Below are positions 1-10,132 of a stretch of 64,000 nt of DNA, in pieces. The position numbers and the translations under genes are program-made. Within the stretch, counting starts at the first letter, position 1. Each line of letters begins with the position of its first letter. The stretch comes from Amoebidium appalachense (Eukaryota; Protista; Ichthyosporea), in assembly GCA_963693365.1 (NCBI GenBank), contig CAVNZM010000016.1:2157984-2221983 (forward strand). Direction: 5' to 3'. Below the pieces are notes generated by a model. It was given only the letters and a program-made list of their open reading frames with translations. It had not been told where the DNA came from and did not search any database.

Positions 1-1
1 T

Positions 2-1120
2 ATCGAGAGGAAGGACTACCTCCCCACCACAGCACGGCCGAACAGCGTGGCGGCGGATCTGTTTTTCATGCCACGTTACTCAAAGGCAAACAGGGGGTAC
101 AAGGGGGGATTGAGCATGATTGACATGAACACGAGGCAGGCAACGGTTGTGCCCATAAAGACAAAGAGCTCAGGGAGCGGGAAGAACGAGCACCTCACCA
201 TCAGCAACGGGCCGGAGATGCAGAGGGCTGTGCACAAAGCCTTAAAGACCATCAGGGAGATGAAGGACGAAAGCAACAAAGGGGAGGAAAACCTACAACC
301 TACAGAGGTCAAGCAGATCTTTACGGACAAGGGCACGGAGTTCCTCAGCAATACAATGAAAAAGTACTACGATCAACACGACATCACCATCCTTCCTCAA
401 AAGCCAGGCCGAAAACCACGCAACGTGGCCATGGTAGAACGGTTCCATCGCACCCTAAAGCAAGGATTGAGCAAGTACATGGAGGCCAACGACACGGGCA
501 AGTGGACGGGGGAGGGGTTGGAAAACGTGTTGGAGGATTACAACGACACGTACCATGGTTCGATCGGTAGAGAGCCCAACAAGATGACCCAGAGGGCCGA
601 ACGGTGGAACAGCATCAACACGTGGCTGGAGAACAGGAAGCAAAAAGGTAAGCTACGTGCCAAGATGGGGCACACGGAGGGCGTGCACGTGCGTGCACTC
701 AAAAAGCCAAAGGGACCGTTTGAAAAGGAGGGAAGAAACTGGTCCAAGGACGTCTACACGCTCGCCTACAAGGATGCAAGTGGGTGGGCGCTACGCAACG
801 CGGCTACAGGGGAGATGAGGAAACACACGCCAGGCCTACGCTACGCTTGGCCAGACACCATGCTAAAGAAGGTACCACCTACCAGCGTGTCTGTACCGCC
901 CAGCAGCGGGATGCGTGCAGCTCGCAAGGAGACAGCCAAGGAGAGGGCTCGCGAGGAGCTGGCGTTTGAAGGGCGCGAGCTGGTGCGCCAGAAGGGCACG
1001 CGTGCACAAGCCCAAAAGGAAAAGGAAAAACGAAAGGCACAGGAACTGAGAAAACTGGAGTTTGCCCACCAACAGGAGCAAACGGGTCTGCGTCGCAGCG
1101 AAAGGCGTGCACGCCGCTAG
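2..1120 (+). CDS. rve/DDE integrase of Polinton (pINT) type, 5'-partial
   Basis: Frame open from position 2 (IERKDYLPTTARPNSVAADLFFM...). Motifs ADLFFM..NRGYK..LSMIDMNTR..VVPIKTK, TDKGTEF, VERFHRTLK, KW...L..YNDTYHGSIGREP match the Polinton c-integrase core. Stand-alone, with no RT/RNase H. Confidence 0.9.
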   Translation: MERKDYLPTTARPNSVAADLFFMPRYSKANRGYKGGLSMIDMNTRQATVVPIKTKSSGSGKNEHLTISNGPEMQRAVHKALKTIREMKDESNKGEENLQPTEVKQIFTDKGTEFLSNTMKKYYDQHDITILPQKPGRKPRNVAMVERFHRTLKQGLSKYMEANDTGKWTGEGLENVLEDYNDTYHGSIGREPNKMTQRAERWNSINTWLENRKQKGKLRAKMGHTEGVHVRALKKPKGPFEKEGRNWSKDVYTLAYKDASGWALRNAATGEMRKHTPGLRYAWPDTMLKKVPPTSVSVPPSSGMRAARKETAKERAREELAFEGRELVRQKGTRAQAQKEKEKRKAQELRKLEFAHQQEQTGLRRSERRARR

Positions 1121-1161
1121 GTGTGACCTGCCCATTCTGGAAAAACCATCCGTCTTGAAAA

Positions 1162-1272
1162 AAACAGAGACGCCCCACCAACCAGCCACCGCGAAAACTG
1201 GCCATTTTGGGATGATTGCGCAAACAGGGGACGCCCCACCAACCAGCGACCGCCAAAACTAGCCCAATTTGG
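1162..1272 (+). repeat. Two ~50-bp imperfect direct repeats downstream of the integrase
   Basis: aaacag..gacgccccaccaaccagc..ccgc.aaaact.gcc..tttgg at ~1162-1210 and ~1222-1272. Confidence 0.8.
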
Positions 1273-1309
1273 TCACCTTCCAAATCAGGCTAATCCTCCA
1301 TGTGCGGAC

Positions 1310-1440
1310 CCCAGGCCCAGGTCCGGATCAGGCCCGTGCGGGTCGGTTCGGGCCGGCCTGGTCAGATTTGGGTCGCGTCGACCCGTTAACGACCCGGCCC
1401 GACCCGACCCGGGCTAATCTGGACCGGCCCGTGGCCCGCG
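1310..1440. repeat. GC-rich imperfect inverted repeat (ggcccg/gacccg motifs), centred near cgttaacg ~1384-1391
   Basis: gggtcg/gggccg units on the left mirror cgaccc/cggccc units on the right. Confidence 0.55.
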
Positions 1441-1477
1441 AAATTTTCACAGCACACAGGTGCGGGACTGTGTGATC

Positions 1478-2029
1478 ATGGGGCTGGGCAGCTGCTGCGG
1501 GGTGTACAAGGTCACACAGGACAAGAGGAAGGCCGGAGTGGACACTGACAAGGTGCAGACACCAGCATGGGTGCTGGATGCACTCGAAAAGGAGTTTGGC
1601 GCACTCAATGACCCCTGCCCCATCACCTGGCGGGAGGGGGAGGACCCTTGCGCACTCACAGACGACGACGTGTGGTCCACCGAGAAAATAAACTATGTCA
1701 ACCCTCCCTTCTCTGAGATTCCCCCATTTTTACGCATGGCCATACCGTAACGGATGTACATATCCAAGGGTAGAAAGAGCGTGCTGCTCGTGCCTGCACG
1801 CACGGAGGCACGCTGGTTCCATGACCTGGCCTTCAGGTACGCCGCAGAGATACGCATCCTGAGGGGTAGGATCAAGTTTGAGGGGTTCAAGAGGCCATCG
1901 CCAGAGGGCGTGTGCCTGCTTTTGTTCACAGAGCCTCAGCCTGTCGGTGGCCCGCGTGTAGTGTCGTGGATGCCTGAGGCATACCCGCGCAGCTCAAAGG
2001 CAGGGGCCGTGTTGGGGCTGGATTTCTAG
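1478..2029 (+). pseudogene. DNA N6-adenine methyltransferase (phage Dam-like family) with an in-frame TAA at 1748-1750
   Basis: TPAWVLDALEKEFGALNDPCP, catalytic YVNPPFS, then in the same frame after the stop LLVPARTEARWFH...EIRILRGRIKFEG, the signature of phage Dam-type MTases. Confidence 0.88.
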
Positions 2030-2104
2030 CTTAATTACTAAGATCTACTAGTAGGGTCTAGATCATAAAAATGTGTGTTAGAGTGTATGTAGTGCGTGCA
2101 CACC

Positions 2105-2368
2105 ATGGCCAACACCTACCAAATCCTGCTGAACGACCAGTTTCAGCCCCTCACTGCGCGTACGTCAAACGCCACGCACACAGACTTTAGCTACTATGGC
2201 CAGCAGGCGATGGCACAGGCCGTTGCGGACAAGATATGCCCGCACGGTACCCGCCACCCCTTCTTCCTCAAACCAAGCACCATGGCAGGGTCTGCAGCAG
2301 GCCGATTTGCTCGCCCCAGACCCACCTTTGCGGCACTCAGGCGTGCACATGGCAGGCCCATGCACTGA
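2105..2368 (+). CDS. Small orphan protein (~87 aa) with basic C-terminus
   Basis: caccATGg start context, co-oriented with neighbouring island genes; no recognisable domain. Confidence 0.5.
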   Translation: MANTYQILLNDQFQPLTARTSNATHTDFSYYGQQAMAQAVADKICPHGTRHPFFLKPSTMAGSAAGRFARPRPTFAALRRAHGRPMH

Positions 2369-2465
2369 CCGTTAGTGTACGTAGTAGGCCATGGCCAAGC
2401 GGGCAATTGGCAACCAAAAATAAAAATAATGTGCATGCATAAGTAAACGTGCAAGTCACGTCACC

Positions 2466-3047
2466 ATGGGGGTGTCATCGCAAGGCAGGAGCGGCAACAC
2501 GCGTGTCATCTACGTGCAGAACCGGCCAAACAAGGCCTCAGAGGTAGCCAAGTGGGTGGGGGCCCTGGTGGGCGGTGCTGCCTTGGGGGCAGGGGGGTAC
2601 TATGCATGGAAGCACAAGGGGGACATTGCGAGGGGGGTGGGCAACTACATGTACAACAAGGCTGCGGATGCTGCCACCTACACTGCAGGGAAGGCGGGGG
2701 AGGCGGGGGGGACGGTTTTCAAGGGCCTCAAGGGGGTAGCGCGTGCCACAGGCGATGCTGCCATGCAGGGCACGCAGCGTGCAGGGCAGGGCGCGCAGAA
2801 TGGTGCATTCAGTGCGTGGAAGACCCTGAGGAATGGCACGAGGGATGCGGGCAACTACCTGCTGCACAACACCCAGGATGCGTTGGGATATGGTCCTTAT
2901 AACTTGAATGCTGCAGGCACACGCACGGGAAACAGCTACGAGTGGAGAGGGGGTGGAGGGGGCGGTGCGCAGGTGCTTGTCGGCGGTAAGCCCTACGTCT
3001 GGCCGCCAGCCAGGTCGCCAAACGTATCGGGACGCGGCATCCTCTAA
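2466..3047 (+). CDS. Gly/Ala-rich orphan protein (193 aa) with one hydrophobic segment; possible virion membrane/core protein
   Basis: caccATGg start, intact ORF, hydrophobic VAKWVGALVGGAALGAGGYYAW followed by amphipathic Gly/Ala repeats. Confidence 0.7.
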   Translation: MGVSSQGRSGNTRVIYVQNRPNKASEVAKWVGALVGGAALGAGGYYAWKHKGDIARGVGNYMYNKAADAATYTAGKAGEAGGTVFKGLKGVARATGDAAMQGTQRAGQGAQNGAFSAWKTLRNGTRDAGNYLLHNTQDALGYGPYNLNAAGTRTGNSYEWRGGGGGGAQVLVGGKPYVWPPARSPNVSGRGIL

Positions 3048-3332
3048 TGGAACCTTCCGTTTATGGTAAGTGTGCAGGGAAAAACCGTTGGCGGGCGGTG
3101 CGAGCGGCCAATCAAATTTTGTAGAATTTGTTGACTTGCATTCCATTGGCGACTCCCCTGCGCTCCTATTGGACGCCTAGGGCAACAGGAGTCACCGAAT
3201 TTTGGAGCACGGTAGCGTGTGTGCACCGGAGGGCACAAAAGCCACCTGCAAACGTTCCTTCTTCAAACACTTTTTCTTATATTCTAAGCCACTCTAGCCT
3301 GGTCTTTTTGCAAGCAGCGAACTTTGGAAACC

Positions 3333-4363
3333 ATGGCAGACCTCTCCTTCCTGCCCCCTCTAGATCTAGACGATGCTGATGTTCTTGCTGCCGCCGCAGC
3401 AGCCATTTCTGTGCCAGCCCGCAGGCCTCCTCCTGGCCGCACCTTCTCCTAACAAGGCATCTCAAAGATTTGGATCTTGACACTGTTCTGCTTCAACCCT
3501 TCTACGCATCCTACCGCACGCTTGCTGAGGGGTATGCAGCACAGCCCAGTGTTTCCGCCAACGCAGCATCCTTCCTCCTCTCCGCCAAGAAAGGTGACTT
3601 CTTCGCTGGCTATGATGCAGGGGGCGAAGTCTACTTCCAAAAACGCTTCACGGGTCTAGATGACTTTGATGGGGCATGGCTCCCTGAGATGCTGGTGCGT
3701 GGTACCATCTCTGAGCCTGCAGAACTGGCTGAACTGCACGGCAAGTCGCTTTTGGCAACACTCGCGTGCCGCAACGCCCTCATGCTCAAGGGGGTGGCTG
3801 CTGCTGTGGTAGACATCCTCCTACCGCAGTTCACAGAGCATGAGAGATCCACTAGGCACAAGGTAGAGACAGACCCTCAGTTGGTTGGCAACTACATGCA
3901 GAGGTACCTGGAGGAGATAGAGGCCAACTGGGAGCCCATCGTCGGGATGTGCAAGGCAGGACTCACTCCCCACAGGGAGTGAGAGGTGGCCCGCCGCCTG
4001 GCTCGTGTTGTTGCTGGCTTCCTGCAGACCATGGTGGCCACTGCAAAGGCAGCCAAGTTGAAGTCCACGCCCCTCTTCAAAGGGGTCGCCATGGATGTCC
4101 TCCATGACATGCAGGCATTGCTGCGTGGGGTTGCGAATGAGCGTATGTATGGTGCAGGTGAGAAGATTGTGTTTGCAGGGCTGATCAAGAAAAACATCCA
4201 CAAGGAGGCACCATCACGGCGCAAGTCCGGCACGTTCATCGACATTGCCCCCAAGGAGAAGGAAAACCTTGCCCCCCCTCCGCAGCAGCAGCACCAACAG
4301 CAACACCCCCTACAACAACAACAACAACATCATGACGGTCGGTGCCCCCTACTTCTACGGTAG
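3333..4363 (+). pseudogene. Disrupted orphan gene (apparent frameshift near 3450, in-frame TGA at 3980-3982), Gln-rich tail
   Basis: ccATGg at 3333 (MADLSFLPPLDLDD...). ORFs 3470-3982 and 3986-4363 share a frame and are separated by a single TGA. Confidence 0.6.
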
Positions 4364-4982
4364 GACCCGGGTGCCTAACTTACTCCGTACCTCAGCGGCA
4401 CCGCCCCCTCAAGACTGTGAACCATGGCTACATGGGCTAGTGCACAGGATAGGGGGGCAGTGCCCTAAACTTTGCCATTTTTAATTTTTTAGTAAAGTAC
4501 CTGTAAACAACTGTACACCTGAACTGTACATGTTTACTAAAGAATGTGATCTACTACCACACGATTCGTGCTTTGTCATGAATATCACATAAATATTATG
4601 TCCGCACCAATAGGACTCACTCTGACCTAAGAATTGAACCATATATGGTTCTTCAGCTGCATACCACATAAACGAAGTGAACCAATAAGAGGTTTGCATA
4701 AATAGGACAAAGGTCTGACTGGCTCGGACCGCACCAGAATCACGAATGGCATGTTGCCACCCGCGCTGGCCGCGGATGAACCAATCCTGGGCCTTGATCC
4801 GAAACCTGGGGGCTATATAACAAAGCCGTCCCAGTACGGGGATCACATCAGTGAAGTCTGAGACAGACTGAGTCGGCCCATAGTAAAAGCAACCTGGCCG
4901 CGTGTGCCTTTCTACCCGTTCTCTGTCTTTATTTTGATTCAGTTGTACTCTGCCTTATCCTAGCTAGTCCAACTGTTTACAT

Positions 4983-5000
4983 TGGCGACCGCGGCAGGAC
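4983..5000 (+). other. Primer-binding site complementary to the tRNA-Arg(TCG) 3' end
   Basis: TGGCGACCGCGGCAGGAC, 1 nt after the 5' LTR; the reverse complement of ...GTCCTGCCGCGGTCG-CCA as recalled for eukaryotic tRNA-Arg(TCG). Confidence 0.8.
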
Positions 5001-6919
5001 ACTGTTATACATTGCCAACTGTTTACATTGGCGACCGCGCAGTTCAAGAATCTCGCATCCTTCGAATCTCACATCTTTCAATCACATCTTTCAATCAGTT
5101 CAAGAATCTCACATCTTTCAATCAGCTCAAGAATCTCCCATGGCCGATCACAATCCTTTTTACCCCGATGATAGGCACATCTTTCCTTTTCCGGCTTAGA
5201 ATATATACACCGACAAGTTTGAAGTGGCCAGCCCACCTACACGGAAAGAATTGAAAGCATGAAAATCTCCTTATACTACGACACATAAAAAACGCGAAGA
5301 AAAACGAAAACACAACGAAACAACGAATACACGAACAAACGAATAGAGAATTGCTAACGAAGCACTGGCAATGAACCAACGAAAAACCAACCATCACGAA
5401 TACGCAATGAAATAAAGAATTAACGACAAACGATTGCATAGAGGAAATACGAAATGAATGCAACACGAAAACAAAACGAAGTAACGAATTTATCAAACGA
5501 CAAAAAACGAAAAACGAAAGCAAAATGAACTGGAAATACGAAAATGAAAAGAACGAATGCACAACACTGCTTAGGTTGCAATGCACACGGCCCCCTCTAT
5601 GTTACGAAGAAAATAAAACCGTTGCCCTTGCGTGCATTGCGCTATTGCACACTGTCATCGTGTCCATGCCACCGCATGCACCTCCACACTCGCAAGCCAG
5701 ATGCACGGCCACTTTCAGCACGAATGCATTTAAAGAAGAAGATAGTCGCTGTTCCTATAGCATTGAGGACATAAGGTGCTGTGAAAGTAGTTTTGCATGC
5801 ATGCTTCGAATTTCTTGCTGTTTTCGAATACAGCATGCCCCATAGTTTAGCGCACAGGATGCACAACATGCGCATGAATGTATGCTGGCATGCCTAAACA
5901 CATTACGAACATATGCCTCATGTATGGCGGCCCTTCCTGGTGCCACGCCCTAACGAATTTGCACTCTTGGTGCACAAAAGGCATGTAATAAAGTCGATGC
6001 AGAACTTTTGTTCATGCATGTGAAAAACAAAGAAGGTGTTGGGTACGAATTTTAAGGTGAATGCCCGTCTGTGGCAATACTGTGTAACATACCAATTACA
6101 CTGTCAAGCCTTGCACTAGCTGCCGGCACACCCCCACCAGAACAAAAGAATGTGGTATGGGCACCGTTCCCTCACAACCCCAGCATACAGTGTCAGTATT
6201 TTGGCTGGAAGCCTTTCAGTTTCGAATTACGAATACCCTCCTTCACTACTGAAGAAAGTGACGTGGAAGACGAATACGAATACGAATGCAAGGTGTTGTT
6301 GACTAACACATCGGACCATCATGTGTACCTAGGCCCTGGTACGGAGGTGACCATGTTATTCCCTTGCAATATGATGACACTGTAACAATTTAGCACGTGC
6401 ATACCCCACCAATGGGCACATGCGGGAGACAACCCCACAAGCTGCCTTATTGGGCACCTCTGCTAAAACGAATATTCTTCTCACGAAGGAACAGAAGAAT
6501 GCCACGAACACGAACCACACACCCCCCAGGCAGCTACTTACGTCTGATGTATGAAAGTAGTAGGTGTGTGAACGGGGTAACTCCATGAACACCAACACGA
6601 AAGAAAGCACAGCACAAAGCAGTTCCACGAACACGAATGGTTTTGGTTTTCCACACAACAAACAGAACCAACAGTAGGGCCACCTACAAAAGAAGCAGAG
6701 GATGGGGCACCATCCAGACCTGCACTGGAGGATATGAAGATACGAAGCGCGCTCACGAAGTTGCTTACAAAAGAAAGGGCGACCGTGACGACTTTTCTTT
6801 TGAGGCCAAGCCTCCAGAAGAATGTATTATGCCTGGAATCCCCCTGCTCAACGAAAATCGCTGGCTCATGGGATACGAAAACTGCTCACGAATGGAAGCA
6901 GGTGTTTTCTGAAGAAGGC

Positions 6920-7146
6920 TTGCTTTGCCTACCCTCTTCTTATGAATTATGAACCGGGTTTTTAATGGTTCTAACGGGCTGATAGATTTCTTTATGTCAC
7001 CCAACGAAGAACACTTGGGCATTTTTATTCATGTTTTTCCCAGCTCCGATGATGCAGAGTTAAAGCTGAAAGGAAAGAAGTGCTATTTGTTCATGAAAGA
7101 AGCGGCTTTTCCGGCCATGGTGACTCGCCTTACAGTCTTATGGTAG
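6920..7146 (+). pseudogene. Relic of Gypsy reverse transcriptase
   Basis: MNRVF...DFFMSPNEEHL..F.HVF....DAELKLKGKKCYLF.KEAAF resembles the Gypsy RT MNxVF..YLDD..EEHL..L..AGLKLK..KC.F block; catalytic YxDD is lost. Confidence 0.65.
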
Positions 7147-8155
7147 AACCGGGATAAGGAGCAGTGGCTAAGCCTTGAAGCTATCCACCACTACCTGAGC
7201 TACGAAGTGACCTAAGGCTTGAGTTATATTCATTATCGAATGTTTGGTATGATCATTCATCCACACAACTAAATTACTCGCAATTGAAAACGAATCTGCG
7301 GGAGTGTCCTAAAAAGGAAAAATTCCCCAAAAAGGAAAATATTACTTCTACAGAAAAAGCCAAGCACAGAGACGAAGCGAACAATTCGCACGCACACTCT
7401 GCAACAATCTTCGCCACGAAAATGAAAACACAGAAGAATGCTGCATGAATTTGTGTTTTGGCAAATGAAGAAGTGCTCATAGACGTGCACAACTCTATTC
7501 CACCGTCCTTGCTCTGTTCTGTTCAGCAGCTCGGCGCACACAAAATCTCGCTGATGGTTGTTTATCGCCTCTCAGCCTGGTGGTTTGCTTGTCTAACGAC
7601 ACCACCAGGCTCCCGACAAGGGGGGAGTGTAAACAACTGTACACCTGAACTGTACATGTTTACTAAAGAATGTGATCTACTACCACACGATTCGTGCTTT
7701 GTCATGAATATCACATAAATATTATGTCCGCACCAATAGGACTCACTCTGACCTAAGAATTGAACCATATATGGTTCTTCAGCTGCATACCACATAAACG
7801 AAGTGAACCAATAAGAGGTTTGCATAAATAGGACAAAGGTCTGACTGGCTCGGACCGCACCAGAATCACGAATGGCATGTTGCCACCCGCGCTGGCCGCG
7901 GATGAACCAATCCTGGGCCTTGATCCGAAACCTGGGGGCTATATAACAAAGCCGTCCCAGTACGGGGATCACATCAGTGAAGTCTGAGACAGACTGAGTC
8001 GGCCCATAGTAAAAGCAACCTGGCCGCGTGTGCCTTTCTACCCGTTCTCTGTCTTTATTTTGATTCAGTTGTACTCTGCCTTATCCTAGCTAGTCCAACT
8101 GTTTACAGTACCTTAAAGTTTGAGCATGCCATGGTCTCATTAACATAGACACCGT

Positions 8156-8484
8156 TGTGATTTGTGTATACATAGTGGGCAGTGCCCTTTATTTTCACGT
8201 TTTTTTTCTTCTTCTTTTATACAAAGAATTGAACCGACGGCAAAAATAAACTTTTGTTTTTTTACGAAAGTTCCAAGAAAAAAAACAGAGCACAAGCTGA
8301 AGACTACCATGGTGCATTGCACACGTGTGCCTGCACGTGTGCGTGTGTGTGTGTGCATGTGTGTGCATGTGTGTGCTTGTGTGTGCCAAAACACTCTAAC
8401 AAAAATCTATGAAGATTTTAACGATAAAAAATAAAAAAAACTTTGTGATCTGTGGATGCATTGGGCGGAGCCCTTTATTTTCAC

Positions 8485-8521
<37 letters not shown>

Positions 8522-8614
8522 CCCCTCAAAGAAAACCGACGGCAAAAAGATCCAAGGAAAAAAACAGAGCACAAGTTGAAGACTACTATGGTGCATTGCA
8601 CACGTGTGCCTGCA

Positions 8615-8705
<91 letters not shown>

Positions 8706-8716
8706 ATGTGTGTGTG

Positions 8717-8766
<50 letters not shown>

Positions 8767-8770
8767 TAAA
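8156..8770 (+). repeat. Diverged ~290-bp tandem duplication with (T)n and (GT)n expansion in the second copy
   Basis: gccctttattttcacgttttt...aaccgacggcaaaaa...aaaacagagcacaag.tgaagactac.atggtgcattgcacacgtgtgcctgcacgtgtgcg occurs twice. Confidence 0.85.
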
Positions 8771-9740
8771 CGTTGCTGTTTGGCCCGTGGGGTGGCTCTG
8801 CCACAACCACTTGGTAGACCTTCACGGTCTCTGATGTTTCTGGCCTCATCCGTTTGTTGTCACGTTCCGTGACAACGAGGCTGAACAGTTTGGACTTGAT
8901 GCCCTCGTTAAGGGCCGTCAGAATGTCCCGTGCCGTTTCCTCCACCCACAGGCGATCCATCACCTCGAACAGGAAGTTGTGCACAAGTCGTTGCAGGTTA
9001 TCCCGCAGCCCTCGTTCCTTGTGCATTATGCGGGGGTGGCAGTTTGGGGGTGAGACCATCCAATCGACCGTGATAAACTCGACGTACTTCTTCGACTCCG
9101 ACCACGTCGTGTCGACAAACGTGATGAATCGCCTAACGTCGTTAATGTTATCGTCGTCGAAAACTCTCGGGGACACCGAGTCCAGGAAACCACCCACACG
9201 GCCTTCGTACACGTACAACCCCCATGCATCCCCCTCGGCCCACTTCTCTAGTTCCCCCAAGTCTCTCTTGAACCGTGTCTCGTGCCCATCCTCGTAGTTG
9301 GGTGCGGTGATAGTGAACGTCCATTCCCCCTGCTCGTTGATTTCCCCCTTAAAAATGTCCGTGCCTAACACTTGGTTGAGACGTCCTGGTAGGGCCTTCT
9401 TTTCCTCCATCGACCACGTGCCTGTGTGTGTGTTCACCTTGGTAATTGCACGTTCCCGCTCCATCACTTCGTCCTCGAAAAACTGCCATACTTCCACCCT
9501 CTCCATGCTCGTCTTGGCCCAGTCGGCAATCATCTCCCTATAGGTGGGTGAAACGGGGCGTGTGACCCACTCTTTAGTACGGTGATTGTAGTACCTGTAG
9601 GTACCGTTGAAAATGTGCAGGTGGGGTTGGGCTGCCACGTCGAGATAGTGGCCAAACATGTGTTGGTTGGTTGCTTTTCTTATGAAGGGGGGACCAAGTT
9701 CGAGGTCGTCCTCTGAGGAATCAATACGATGAGAAGACAT
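8766..9740 (-). CDS. Intronless orphan protein (324 aa), probably part of the viral island
   Basis: Long non-repetitive ORF with globular composition, caacATG start, CCAAT-containing AT-rich upstream region; no family recognised. Confidence 0.75.
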
Positions 9741-10132
9741 GTTGTTGTGTGGTGATTGATTGTTCTAAGTCTCACTGAGTAAAAGGATGGTGTGGTGTCT
9801 TTTAAAAGTCTTTATTCTGTGCGAAAAGAGATGATTGTGAAAATGTTTAAGAGTTTTTTCTAAGTTTTTTCTTCACAAAAAAACGAACGAAAACGAGACG
9901 AGACTGAGAGAATACGTAATATTACGTAACATTCAATTTCGCTTGATTTCATTGGCTCATAAGTTACGCAAAGTTCAAGTTGGCGCAATCATTTACTCTC
10001 TCACTCATGTACGTACTAAGTCAACTCAGTCGCGGCGGCACACAGTGTTTTTTGTTTTTTTTTTTGGGAAGAAGTTTATTTCGTGGCATCACCCGGAGGT
10101 AAAGAGATTCTGAATAAACAGACATGTGCCTA

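Larger units (their letters stand above)
4502..8107 (+). mobile_element. Non-autonomous Ty3/Gypsy-derived LTR element, 3606 bp, recently inserted
   Basis: LTRs 4502-4981 and 7628-8107 (480 bp, TGTAAACA...TGTTTACA, no differences seen); 5-bp TSD GTACC (4497-4501, 8108-8112); PBS 4983-5000; [13 protein letters not shown] 7618-7627. Confidence 0.95.

Noticed and set aside
1748-1750. Programmed readthrough or alternative genetic code at in-frame stops (also 3980)
   Set aside because: Host genes use TAA, TGA and TAG as normal stops and the island shows other decay, so pseudogenisation is simpler.
4481-4846. 121-aa ORF repeated at 7562-7972 and 13312-13614
   Set aside because: Antisense reading of the LTR sequence; it recurs only because the LTR does.
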